From NCBI GenBank assembly GCA_965224195.1, contig OZ245040.1, forward strand, positions 1,824,001 to 1,888,000: DNA of 64,000 nt, given 5' to 3'. Both the position numbers and the translations under genes were made by a program. Numbering within the stretch: position 1 is the first letter of the stretch; the number at the start of each line of letters is the position of its first letter. This document shows, piece after piece, positions 31,704 to 41,246 of this stretch. The notes below the pieces were generated by a model, which was given only the letters and a program-made list of their open reading frames with translations, did not search any database and was not told the DNA's origin. Source of the DNA: Nitrosopumilus sp. (lineage in GTDB: Archaea; Thermoproteota; Nitrososphaeria; Nitrososphaerales; Nitrosopumilaceae).

Positions 31704-33734
31704 GTGAAAATATTAGTAATTTTCTCATTATCATTAGCATTATTAGGAATTTTTATTTTATCACATCCACTAGAATCTGAAAATGAATTTAGAACTTATT
31801 TGCAAAGAAGTGTACCATTTGTTGGAACAGAAATTCCTAGAATAGATGGAATAGATGGTTCTGGAATTAAAATTGCAGTAATAGATACTGGTGTTGATTT
31901 TAACCATCCAGATCTTTTTGGATGGGGAGAGGATGGCAAAGTAGTTGGAGGGTATAATTTCATACATGAAGGGCAACCTCCACTAGATACAAATGGTCAC
32001 GGAACTCAAGTTGCTGGCGTAATTGCAGCAGATGGTCAAATTATAGGCATTGCGCCAAAGGCAAAAATTTTAGCTTACAAGGTTTCTGAAGATGGAGAAG
32101 GAGTTTCATCAGACTTAATCATTAGAGCAATTGAAAAAGCAATTGAAGATGAAGCAGACATTATCAATATTAGTTTAGGAGTAAACAAGACCAATTCAAA
32201 AATCGACCGCGCAGTAAACTTGGCATTAGAAAAAGAAATTTTTGTTGTTACTGCAGCAGGTAATGATGGGCCAGGATTAAAAACAATAGGTAGCCCAGGA
32301 AGAAATGTTGGATCCGTGACAGTAGGTGCAACATATAACAATCTAACTTCTAGCTTGGTTGCAACTTTAGAAATTGATGAAAAACCATATACAGTTATTC
32401 CAATGGTTGGGTCCTCAAAATTAGATACAACGATTACAGGAAAAATAATTTTTGCAGGTTATGGAAAAATTGAAGATTTTGAAAAAATAGATGTGCAAAA
32501 TGCAATAGCTATTGTTGAGAGAGGAAGTGATGTAGAAGGAGAATTGTTATATTTTTCAATTAAAGAAAAAAATGCTGCAAGTGCAGGGGCAAAAGCGTTA
32601 ATTGTTTACAACGATAAACCAGGAATTTTTTTGGGGGAATTAATTCATGAATTTATAGAAACAGGTTACACGCCACAAATTCCCGTGGTTTCTATAGACA
32701 GAGAAGAAGGACTTGAGATTATAGAGTCATTAAAACAAGACAGTGAAGGAATAATGCAGATATTTTATAATCCCGATTTTATAGCACATTTTAGTTCCAG
32801 AGGACCTGTATCACCATTTTATATCAAACCAGAAATTGTAGCACCAGGGGCATACATCAATACAACTCAAAATAATGCAGGATACAGCTTTACCAGTGGA
32901 ACAAGCTATGCAGCTCCTCATGTTAGTGGTGCAGCAGCGTTACTTTTACAAAAAAACCCAGAACTTCATCATCATGAGATTAAATCTATACTATTGACTA
33001 CAGTTGAACCTGTTTCAGATACCTATGGACAAGAATTTTCCATTCATGAAACAGGTGCTGGGAGATTAGACATAGGAAATGCATATGGTGCAAAACTGAT
33101 CATAGAGCCGCCAAACTTTGTTGCTATTGCATCATCAGATGACAAAATTGTCGAAAGGCAATTTCAACTAAAATCAATTGATGGAACATGGGATGGATTT
33201 GATATAACATTTGATGGACCTGAATTTATTAAATTTGGAGAGGAACTTTTGGATGGAAATATTTTAAAAATAAGAATGAACATATTAGAAGATAATTTTG
33301 GAGACCATGAAGGAACGATAATGATTAATCATGGGAGTACACAGTACAGAGTTCCATTTTTGTTACATTATACACAGGGTTCAGTTTCAGTAAACGAGAA
33401 GAATGAAAAACTATTCTTTGAGATTTATCATCCAGAAGAATGGAGTTTTGCAAAAATTTCAGTAATCAACAGCAAAGATGGAATTGTACATACAACAACT
33501 GCAACACCCGACAAAAAAGCATCAATTGAAATTTATGAAAATTCAGAGTATTGGATAGATGTCAAGATTAGAGTAAATGGAAACACATCAAATGCATTTA
33601 ATACAATAGAGATCAATTCACTTGAAGGAAATTATGATAGAATAGATATACCAGATATTCCAGAAAAACAAATTGGCATAATTGCTATATTTTTAATTGG
33701 AATTGGAATATTTGGATTATTGAAGAGAAGATAG
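31704..33734 (+). CDS. S8 subtilisin-family protease with PA domain, signal peptide and C-terminal membrane anchor
   Basis: IDTG, HGTQVAG, AAGN, GTSYAAPHV. Confidence 0.92.
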   Translation: MKILVIFSLSLALLGIFILSHPLESENEFRTYLQRSVPFVGTEIPRIDGIDGSGIKIAVIDTGVDFNHPDLFGWGEDGKVVGGYNFIHEGQPPLDTNGHGTQVAGVIAADGQIIGIAPKAKILAYKVSEDGEGVSSDLIIRAIEKAIEDEADIINISLGVNKTNSKIDRAVNLALEKEIFVVTAAGNDGPGLKTIGSPGRNVGSVTVGATYNNLTSSLVATLEIDEKPYTVIPMVGSSKLDTTITGKIIFAGYGKIEDFEKIDVQNAIAIVERGSDVEGELLYFSIKEKNAASAGAKALIVYNDKPGIFLGELIHEFIETGYTPQIPVVSIDREEGLEIIESLKQDSEGIMQIFYNPDFIAHFSSRGPVSPFYIKPEIVAPGAYINTTQNNAGYSFTSGTSYAAPHVSGAAALLLQKNPELHHHEIKSILLTTVEPVSDTYGQEFSIHETGAGRLDIGNAYGAKLIIEPPNFVAIASSDDKIVERQFQLKSIDGTWDGFDITFDGPEFIKFGEELLDGNILKIRMNILEDNFGDHEGTIMINHGSTQYRVPFLLHYTQGSVSVNEKNEKLFFEIYHPEEWSFAKISVINSKDGIVHTTTATPDKKASIEIYENSEYWIDVKIRVNGNTSNAFNTIEINSLEGNYDRIDIPDIPEKQIGIIAIFLIGIGIFGLLKRR

Positions 33735-33735
33735 G

Positions 33736-35340
33736 TTATTTTTGAAATTTAGGACCAGCATCAACAATTTCAGACGAAACACTTTCAAATTTTGCAAAGT
33801 TTTCAACAAACATTTGTGCTAATTTTTTTGCAGAAAGTTCATAGGAATCTTTGTCAACCCAAGTATTTTTTGGGTCTAAAATATCAGAAGGAACACCTTC
33901 GACTTCAGTAGGAATATCCAGATTGAACAAATCATCATGTCTGTATTTTACAATGTCTAGTGCTCCAGAAAGAGCAGCAGTTACCATTGCACGACTGTAT
34001 TTGATCTTTATTCTTTTTCCAACACCGTATGGACCACCAGACCATCCAGTATTGACTAGGTAAACTACGGTATTATGTTGATTAATTTTTTCTCCGAGAA
34101 GTTTTGCATAAACTGATGCAGTTCTAGGCATAAATGGGGCTCCAAAACACTGAGAAAATACAGATTTTGGTTCTTTAATTCCTCTTTCAGTTCCAGCCAA
34201 TTTACTAGTATATCCAGACATGAAATGATACATGGCACCTTCTTTTGTAAGTCTAGAAACAGGAGGTAAAACACCTAATGCATCTGCAGTCAAAAACACA
34301 ATAACTTTAGGATTACCTCCAACACTTGGAATTACTGCACCAGGGATGTAATCAAGCGGATAGCCAACACGAGTATTTTCAGTTAATGAGTTATCATCAT
34401 AGTCTGGAATATTATCATTTAGTACAACATTTTCTAAAAGAGCACCAGGTTTGATTGCATTCCAAATTTCAGGTTCTGCTTCTTGACTTAGGTTAATACA
34501 CTTTGCATAACATCCACCTTCAAAATTAAAAGTACCATTATCAGACCATCCATGCTCATCATCCCCAATTAATTTTCTATTAGGATCTGCTGAAAGAGTG
34601 GTCTTACCAGTTCCAGATAAACCAAAGAACAAAGCAGTATCACCTTGCTCTCCAATATTTGCAGAACAATGCATTGGGAAAATACCACGACCAGGTAAAA
34701 GAAAATTCATTACACCAAACATTGATTTTTTCATTTCACCAGCATATTCTGTTCCTCCAATCAAAACAATTTTTCTTGTCAAGTCTATTAGAATAAAGAC
34801 ATCAGTTCTAGTTCCGTCAATTTCAGGATCTGCAACAAAATCATTAATACATAAAATTGTAAATTCAGGTTCATGTTTTTTTAATTCATCATCAGTAGGT
34901 CGAATAAACAAATTACTTGAAAACATACTTTGCCAAACATGATCATTGATTACTCTAATTGGTAAACGAATTTCTGGATCAGATCCTACAAATCCATCAA
35001 AAACAAACAGTTCCTTATTATCAACATAGTCTTTCATTTTTTCAAAAAGTTTTCCAAATTTACCACTTGGGAATTGATGGTTGATTTTTCCCCAATCAAT
35101 TGTGTCATGAGTTTTATCATCATATACAATAAAACGGTCATCAGGAGATCTGCCGGTATATTTGCCAGTATCTACTGAAAGTGAGCCTGTAGAATTCACC
35201 ACTCCTTCCTTCCTTTCAACTGCCAATTTTACCATATCATCTACGCTAAGATTTCTGTGGACTTTGGATGGCTTGATTCCAAATTGAGTTAATTGTGACG
35301 AAAACTTTTCAGTTGCTGCAGTACCTAGTACGTGGGTCAG
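33736..35340 (-). CDS. pckA: Phosphoenolpyruvate carboxykinase (ATP); start extended 35 codons to a CTG at 35340
   Basis: GLSGTGKTT, IGDDEHGW, FEGGCYAK; open frame upstream of 35235 to CTG with GGAGG 9 nt upstream. Confidence 0.9.
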   Translation of the reverse strand: MTHVLGTAATEKFSSQLTQFGIKPSKVHRNLSVDDMVKLAVERKEGVVNSTGSLSVDTGKYTGRSPDDRFIVYDDKTHDTIDWGKINHQFPSGKFGKLFEKMKDYVDNKELFVFDGFVGSDPEIRLPIRVINDHVWQSMFSSNLFIRPTDDELKKHEPEFTILCINDFVADPEIDGTRTDVFILIDLTRKIVLIGGTEYAGEMKKSMFGVMNFLLPGRGIFPMHCSANIGEQGDTALFFGLSGTGKTTLSADPNRKLIGDDEHGWSDNGTFNFEGGCYAKCINLSQEAEPEIWNAIKPGALLENVVLNDNIPDYDDNSLTENTRVGYPLDYIPGAVIPSVGGNPKVIVFLTADALGVLPPVSRLTKEGAMYHFMSGYTSKLAGTERGIKEPKSVFSQCFGAPFMPRTASVYAKLLGEKINQHNTVVYLVNTGWSGGPYGVGKRIKIKYSRAMVTAALSGALDIVKYRHDDLFNLDIPTEVEGVPSDILDPKNTWVDKDSYELSAKKLAQMFVENFAKFESVSSEIVDAGPKFQK

Positions 35341-35387
35341 AGGATTATGCCTCCAGAAATATGATTATTAATCCCAGGCTGAGTCAT
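35337..35387 (-). other. Candidate 16-aa upstream ORF (MTQPGINNHISGGIIL) whose TGA overlaps the pckA CTG
   Basis: ATG ~28 nt downstream of a TATA-like box (35415-35421); CTGA overlap. Confidence 0.4.
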
Positions 35388-35488
35388 GAGATATTCGATC
35401 CGACCTAAGTTTCCTTATTATCTTTTTCTTATAGAGAATTTTTTCTCATCTAGGAACGTATTTATTCCAAAATTCAAAACTCAATTTC

Positions 35489-35893
35489 ATGACGATTAAC
35501 AAAGAATTGCTTGCAAAGAGAAAAGAGGTCAAAGAAAACAAGCCAGACTTTGTAAGACCAGAAAGTTGGCGTTATGTTAGACTTCAAACTAATTGGAGAA
35601 AACCAAAAGGTATTGATCATCACCAAAGAAAACAAAAAAGCAGAGGCCGTCCAGGTCTTGTTAAAATTGGATATGGCGGACCTAAAGAGGCAAGAGGACT
35701 ACATCCTTCAGGATTTACAGATAACTTAGTTTTCAACTTGAACGATTTAGAGAAATTAGACCCAAAGAAAGATGGTGTCAGATTTGGCCACAGTGTTGGT
35801 ACTAAAAAAAGAAAAGAAATCATAGTTAAAGCAATTGAACAAAAATTCAAAATTTTTAACGCGAGAGTGAGTGCAAGTGGTAGTAAATCTTAG
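35489..35893 (+). CDS. rpl32e: 50S ribosomal protein L32e
   Basis: WRKPKGID, GYG, GLHPSG. Confidence 0.96.
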   Translation: MTINKELLAKRKEVKENKPDFVRPESWRYVRLQTNWRKPKGIDHHQRKQKSRGRPGLVKIGYGGPKEARGLHPSGFTDNLVFNLNDLEKLDPKKDGVRFGHSVGTKKRKEIIVKAIEQKFKIFNARVSASGSKS

Positions 35894-36332
35894 AGCTAAA
35901 AAAAGACTTGCAGCCAGAATTACTGGTGTTGGAGTTCATAGAATTAGATTCGATACAGACCACTTAGACGATATTGCAGATGCAATTACAAGGGAAAATA
36001 TTAGAAGTCTTATCACTGCAAACACAATTAAAATTAAATCATTTACAGGTACATCAAAAGGAAGAGCACATGATAAGAAAGCTCAGAAAAATAAAAGAGG
36101 TACTACTCAAGGTTCTAAACAAGGAAGAAAAGGTGCAAGAGTAGGTAAGAAAGAAGTCTATGTAGCAAAAGTTAGAGCATTAAGACGATTATTAAAAATT
36201 GCAAAAGACAGAAAAGATTTGACTAATCCAGAATTCTGGGCTCTTTACAAGAAAGTAGGTGGAAATACAGTTAGAAACAAAGCTCACCTCAGAACTTTGA
36301 TGGTAGAGATTAAAGAAAAACGAAAAGATTAG
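35871..36332 (+). CDS. rpl19e: 50S ribosomal protein L19e
   Basis: KRLAA, AITRENIR, GRKGAR. Confidence 0.95.
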   Translation: MQVVVNLRAKKRLAARITGVGVHRIRFDTDHLDDIADAITRENIRSLITANTIKIKSFTGTSKGRAHDKKAQKNKRGTTQGSKQGRKGARVGKKEVYVAKVRALRRLLKIAKDRKDLTNPEFWALYKKVGGNTVRNKAHLRTLMVEIKEKRKD

Positions 36333-36628
36333 AATCTATAAAGTTTATTTTCTAATTCTACAATTTTGCCATTTTGAATTTCAATTCCTTCATCATTTAA
36401 CATCTTAGTTTTAACATGTTCTCCATACGCATAGCCACCAATTTTTCCAGTAGACATTACAACTCTGTGACAAGGAATAATCACAGGATAAGGATTTTTG
36501 TTCATTATCTTTCCAACTACACGTTGACCATTTTTTAATCTAACAGCTTTTGCTAATTCTCCATAAGTGGTAATTTGGCCTTTAGGAACTTCAAGTAATT
36601 TTTTATAAATTTTTTGTTGAAGATTCAT
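36329..36628 (-). CDS. O6-methylguanine-DNA methyltransferase (single-domain MGMT family)
   Basis: TTYGELA, IPCHRVV active site. Confidence 0.92.
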   Translation of the reverse strand: MNLQQKIYKKLLEVPKGQITTYGELAKAVRLKNGQRVVGKIMNKNPYPVIIPCHRVVMSTGKIGGYAYGEHVKTKMLNDEGIEIQNGKIVELENKLYRF

Positions 36629-37401
36629 ATCTTGATGACCTCAAGATCTGTAGATTTCAAAAGTTCAAGTATTTTTTGTTTGTGAGATCCCAATCCACGC
36701 CAATCTAAAAGAGCAGTTTTTGCCATACTATTTTGAGTTAGAATATGAGAAAATAATTTTTCATCCAGATCACCCAATGCATGTTTAGGGATAACTGTAC
36801 CAAGAGCATATTTTCCATCCAGTAATTCATTTGTAAATTTTGAAGGATAATGAGTGCCACCAAAGCAAATTGCTACAGGGTGTTCCTTAATTGGTTGGCT
36901 CATTACTTTATGAACTAATTTTGCAACAGAATTACATAGAGACTCATCAGTCCATTGATTTTCAGTAGTGCCAATTTCTACAAATATGGATGGCTTTGTT
37001 AGTGCAGTAGGTCCATGATGAGTCGCCTCTATAGTAATTTGGAAATCTAAGAATTTCGATTCATTTTTCTTTAAAGTTTGAAGATATGCTTTTTGAAAAG
37101 CAGATTTTGGAACTGCTACTTGTCTATCATTTCCACCAAATTTTGCAGTTGAAAAATTTCCTGTACTATGACATGTTAAAGCTAAAACTCCAGATTCAGC
37201 TGCATGTTTTGAAAGAAAAATAAATCCATCATAATCATATTTTTCTTCTAACCAATCAGCAGAAATTGCAGGTGTTGGAATGATTAAAAGATCATAATAT
37301 TTTCCGCGAAAAACATCACCATTTTTTGTCATTTCTTTAGAAAGAAATTTTGCCATATTATGACCTGCAGGGTCATCTTGATACGCAACTAGTAATTCCA
37401 T
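36625..37401 (-). CDS. dtdA: D-aminoacyl-tRNA deacylase (archaeal DTD2); start reset to MELLVAY
   Basis: SKH, EATHHGPT, FVEIG, GGTHY. Confidence 0.92.
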   Translation of the reverse strand: MELLVAYQDDPAGHNMAKFLSKEMTKNGDVFRGKYYDLLIIPTPAISADWLEEKYDYDGFIFLSKHAAESGVLALTCHSTGNFSTAKFGGNDRQVAVPKSAFQKAYLQTLKKNESKFLDFQITIEATHHGPTALTKPSIFVEIGTTENQWTDESLCNSVAKLVHKVMSQPIKEHPVAICFGGTHYPSKFTNELLDGKYALGTVIPKHALGDLDEKLFSHILTQNSMAKTALLDWRGLGSHKQKILELLKSTDLEVIKI

Positions 37402-37440
37402 GAGATAAGAGATATAAGGACACCTTATTAATTTCCAGCA

Positions 37441-37614
37441 ATGAATCCTAGGCAGACTTTGAAAAACATGGCCAATACTATGAAAATGGCCAAGAAGCCA
37501 GACAAAGATGAATATCAACAACATCTTAGACTCGTTTTGTTAGGAATAGCAGGAGTAGGAGCTATTGGTTTTACAATTCAGTTTGTCTTTTCTGTGATTA
37601 CATTTGGTAGATAA
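37441..37614 (+). CDS. secE: Protein translocase SecE/Sec61-gamma (not in ORF track)
   Basis: MNPRQTLKNMANTMKMAKKPDKDEYQQHLRLVLLGIAGVGAIGFTIQFVFSVITFGR; KP..E + G.IGF motif, directly before spt5. Confidence 0.9.
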   Translation: MNPRQTLKNMANTMKMAKKPDKDEYQQHLRLVLLGIAGVGAIGFTIQFVFSVITFGR

Positions 37615-37616
37615 AA

Positions 37617-38075
37617 ATGTCTGAAGAAATAGAATCACACTTGTTTGCAATTAGAACCACTGGAGGGCAGGAAAAAGTGGTCATGAGATTATTAGAAGCT
37701 AAAGCCAATGCAAATCAAATTAACATTCAATCAGTATTTTGGGTAAGTGACTTGAAAGGATATGTGGTAATTGAAGCAGTCAATCCTAGTGACGCTTATC
37801 TTGCAGTAGAAGGAGTCAGACATATTCGAGGTCAATTAAGAGGAGAATTAGAATTCAAAGATATCGAGGGATATCTAATCAAAAAATCAACAGTATCACA
37901 ATTAACAGTAGATAATGTAGTAGAAATTACAGGTGGACCATTCAAGGGAATGAAGGCAACAATTACTAGAATTGATGTCGACAAAGAAGAAGCAACTGTA
38001 GTTTTGTTAGATGCATCATACCAATTACCAGTCACAGTAGACGCAAACTACCTAAAGCTGTCTAGTGAGGCTTAG
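37617..38075 (+). CDS. spt5: Transcription elongation factor Spt5/NusG
   Basis: TTGGQE, LKGYV, KOW motif GGPFKG. Confidence 0.95.
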   Translation: MSEEIESHLFAIRTTGGQEKVVMRLLEAKANANQINIQSVFWVSDLKGYVVIEAVNPSDAYLAVEGVRHIRGQLRGELEFKDIEGYLIKKSTVSQLTVDNVVEITGGPFKGMKATITRIDVDKEEATVVLLDASYQLPVTVDANYLKLSSEA

Positions 38076-38110
38076 GAAGGATTAAATTTTCAATTTGAGT
38101 TTGATTTAAC

Positions 38111-38590
38111 ATGGGAGAACAAAAAGTATCATCACTTGTAACAGGCGGAGGAGCATCAGCAGGTCCACCATTAGGTCCAGCCTTAGGTCCTCTAGGAGTT
38201 AACATCATGGAAGTCATTAAATCAATTAATGATAAAACTAAAGATTTTGAAGGAATGAAAGTTCCAGTTACCGTAATCGTTGATACTGATACAAAAAAAT
38301 ATGAAATTGAAATTGGAATCCCATCAGCTGCTGCTCTTATCATGAAAGAAGTAGGAATCACAAAAGGTTCAGGTGCATCAGGTACTGAATGGGCAGGAGA
38401 TGTTACAATGGATTCAATTGTCAAAGTAGCAAATACAAAACTTGAAAAATCTTATGCTTCTTCACTAAAATCAGTTGCAAAGACAATCATTGGAACATGT
38501 GTAGCATTAGGAGTAAAAGTGGAAGGTAAAACTCCTAAAGAAGTCACTGCCGAAATTAACGAAGGCAAGTGGGATGCAAAATTCCAATAA
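38111..38590 (+). CDS. rpl11: 50S ribosomal protein L11
   Basis: GPPLGPALGPLG. Confidence 0.97.
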   Translation: MGEQKVSSLVTGGGASAGPPLGPALGPLGVNIMEVIKSINDKTKDFEGMKVPVTVIVDTDTKKYEIEIGIPSAAALIMKEVGITKGSGASGTEWAGDVTMDSIVKVANTKLEKSYASSLKSVAKTIIGTCVALGVKVEGKTPKEVTAEINEGKWDAKFQ

Positions 38591-38660
38591 TTAAAAATAG
38601 ATTTTAAACTCTTTTGAATTTAGTCAATATCTTCAAGTTTAAAAATTTTCTAGTAAATTC

Positions 38661-38834
38661 ATGACAGATGATAGATATGAAACAATTTCAATTGAATCAA
38701 AAATTAGAGAGGGGGTTTTTCATAAAGTTGTCAAAGACTTGGAAAGCGGAAAAGCTGTTTCTTGTTCTTGTAAATGTTGGAGTAAAGGAAAAAAGCCTTG
38801 TGTAGGCATGAGAACCATTGGTTATGAAAGTTGA
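38661..38834 (+). CDS. Small SWIM-like Zn-finger protein, 57 aa (not in ORF track)
   Basis: MTDDRYETISIESKIREGVFHKVVKDLESGKAVSCSCKCWSKGKKPCVGMRTIGYES; CxC-x9-C. Confidence 0.55.
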   Translation: MTDDRYETISIESKIREGVFHKVVKDLESGKAVSCSCKCWSKGKKPCVGMRTIGYES

Positions 38835-38905
38835 TTTAATTTGAGCCTTTTTTCAAATTCTAAACTCCTCAAATGACTTTTATCCCTATAGGAATTTTGT
38901 TCTTC

Positions 38906-38946
38906 GTGGGCTAGATGGGTACTACTTACCTGTCAAGTCCACATCT
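38906..38946 (+). ncRNA. Candidate small structured RNA (hairpin)
   Basis: GTGGGCT/AGTCCAC and GATGGGTA/TACCTGTC stems with G-U pairs; TATA-like TTTTATCC ~25 nt upstream. Confidence 0.4.
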
Positions 38947-38985
38947 AAAAATAAAAAAATTTAGAATAATAAAATTTCCAACGTA

Positions 38986-39090
38986 CTAAAATAACCAACT
39001 AACAATTACAACCGCACCAATTGCAAATACAGCTACTATTCCACCAACTAATCCTACTTTTGCTACGTTGGGTAATCCTTCTAAATCCAT
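38986..39090 (-). CDS. 34-aa single-pass membrane peptide (not in ORF track)
   Basis: MDLEGLPNVAKVGLVGGIVAVFAIGAVVIVSWLF, 11 nt after the Lrp stop, followed by a T-tract. Confidence 0.6.
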   Translation of the reverse strand: MDLEGLPNVAKVGLVGGIVAVFAIGAVVIVSWLF

Positions 39091-39101
39091 GATGTTCAAA
39101 A

Positions 39102-39557
39102 TTATTGAATAAGGTATACAGGATCTTTATCGGTTTTTTGTAATTCTACAAAGGTTTCAGTATTTTGAATACCCTCTATTTTTCCGATTTTTTCAATTAC
39201 TATAGTGTGCAAAGATTCAAGATTCTTTGCATAAACGTGAATCATAATATCAAATCTGCCAGTTACTTCTGAAATAGAGACAACTTCAGCAGTTTCCAAG
39301 AATTGTTTTTGAATTGAATCCTTGAATTTTGGATCTCGATTGATTCCAACAGTAGCCTTTACTCCAATTCCCAATAATGAATCATCAATCTCAATAGTGA
39401 ATTTTTTAATGAGTTTTTTCTTCAATAGTCTCTTAATTCTACTGTAAAGAACAGATGCATTGATTCCTAGTTTTTTTGATAAAGTAGGAACAGAAATTGA
39501 ACCATCATTGGTTAATTCATAAAGTAATTTCATATCTAATTCGTCAAATCTATGCAA
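39102..39557 (-). CDS. Lrp/AsnC family transcriptional regulator
   Basis: DELDMKLL HTH, VTGRFD RAM domain. Confidence 0.92.
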   Translation of the reverse strand: MHRFDELDMKLLYELTNDGSISVPTLSKKLGINASVLYSRIKRLLKKKLIKKFTIEIDDSLLGIGVKATVGINRDPKFKDSIQKQFLETAEVVSISEVTGRFDIMIHVYAKNLESLHTIVIEKIGKIEGIQNTETFVELQKTDKDPVYLIQ

Positions 39558-39724
39558 CGTGTTCGAAAAATATGGTTCTGATTTAATATATGTAGGGTTT
39601 CAGTATAATATCCATCTTAATTGTAATAATTTTAGTGAAAATATGTAATTTTTTAAAATAAATGAGGGGCAAAAAACTCAATCTCTAAACGATTTTAAGG
39701 AGGTTTTCTAGAAATTGTTTCGTA

Positions 39725-40387
39725 ATGATTACAGATGCACAGATTATGGAATTGCTTAAACAAGCAAGAGCCGCTACAAAGGAGCGTAAATTCAAAGAAT
39801 CTATAGAATTAATCATTACTTTCAAAGATATTGATGTAAAGAAAGGATTTGCAATTAACGAAGTTGTTCAACTTCCAAAAACTAGTTCTCCAGCAACTGT
39901 TTGTATTATAGCTACAGGAGAAATGAATCAAAAAGCTAAAGCCGCAAAAGCTGATACAGTTATTGGAACAGAAGAATTAGATAAATTTGGAGCTAACAAA
40001 AGAGAGTCTCGAAAATTCATTAACAAACATGATTTCTTTTTAGCAGATACAAAAGTAATGCCAACAGTTGGTAAAACTTTGGGTCAACTTTTAGGTCCAA
40101 GAGGAAAAATGCCAACACCAGTTCCTTTTGATGCATCCATTGAAGCATTTTTAGAAAGATTTAGATCTTGTATCAAAGTAAGAGCAAGAGCATCACTTTC
40201 AATTTCAGCTAAGATTGGAGATGTATCAATGGATGATACAGATTTAACAATTAATGCACATACGGTTCTATCTGCAATTGAAAAGAAATTACCAAACGGC
40301 GAGAAAAATATGAAAAAGATTTTAATTAAAACCACAATGGGCAAGCCAGTAAAACAAGCACAAGAGGTTAAGAAAAAATATGCATGA
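39725..40387 (+). CDS. rpl1: 50S ribosomal protein L1
   Basis: LGPRGKMP, KTTMG. Confidence 0.96.
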   Translation: MITDAQIMELLKQARAATKERKFKESIELIITFKDIDVKKGFAINEVVQLPKTSSPATVCIIATGEMNQKAKAAKADTVIGTEELDKFGANKRESRKFINKHDFFLADTKVMPTVGKTLGQLLGPRGKMPTPVPFDASIEAFLERFRSCIKVRARASLSISAKIGDVSMDDTDLTINAHTVLSAIEKKLPNGEKNMKKILIKTTMGKPVKQAQEVKKKYA

Positions 40388-41246
40388 AAATAGAACTTCA
40401 TATCCTAAAGGGAAAACCCAAATGTATCAACAATTACAAGAACTTCCAAAAAAATACAAAGTTTTAGCTGTAATTAAAATGAGAAAAGTTCGTTCTACAC
40501 AAATTCTCCCATTAAGAAAAACTCTTGCAGGCGAAGTAGAATTTTTCAGCATCAAAGATAAACTTGCAAAAAAAGCATTTGAGAAACTTGATGTACCAGG
40601 AATCAAAGACATTGCAGACAAACTAACAGGACAATGCATGTTTTTGTTTACAGACATGTCACCATTCAAGCTAAACGTTCTTCTTGCTAAAAACAAAGTT
40701 ATGATGGCAGCAAGGGGCGGAGATCTTGCAAGTTTTGATATTGTAGTTCCTGCAAAAAACACAGGAATTGCACCAGGACCAATGCTTACAGAATTCAAAG
40801 AAGCAGGAATTCCAACTAAAATTGATCAAGGAACAATTTGGATTGCAAAGGATAATACTCCAGTGAAAAAAGGAGAAGCAATCAACGAAAAATTAGCATC
40901 CATTCTAGGTAAATTAGATATCAAACCAGTAGAAGCAGGAATTTCACTTGTTACAGCATTAGAAGCTGGAACGGTATATGCTGAGGAGGAGATGATAATT
41001 GATGTTGAGAAAATTAGAAATGCATTTACTCAACTACACCAAGAAGCAGTTACACTATCAATTGAAGCAGGATATATCACAGCAGATAATATTTCACAAA
41101 TCCTTAGCAAAGCTTCTCAATCTGCACGTTCTGTATCTGTTGAATCAGGATTTATGACTGATGAAACAAAAGAGCAAATTCTGCAAAAAGCAGATTCTCA
41201 AGCAAAATCAGTTGCTGGAAAAGCAAAAGACTACACTCCTGCTTAA
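40380..41246 (+). CDS. rpl10: 50S ribosomal protein L10/P0
   Basis: NTGIAPGP, IPTKI, L.KLDIKP. Confidence 0.95.
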   Translation: MHENRTSYPKGKTQMYQQLQELPKKYKVLAVIKMRKVRSTQILPLRKTLAGEVEFFSIKDKLAKKAFEKLDVPGIKDIADKLTGQCMFLFTDMSPFKLNVLLAKNKVMMAARGGDLASFDIVVPAKNTGIAPGPMLTEFKEAGIPTKIDQGTIWIAKDNTPVKKGEAINEKLASILGKLDIKPVEAGISLVTALEAGTVYAEEEMIIDVEKIRNAFTQLHQEAVTLSIEAGYITADNISQILSKASQSARSVSVESGFMTDETKEQILQKADSQAKSVAGKAKDYTPA

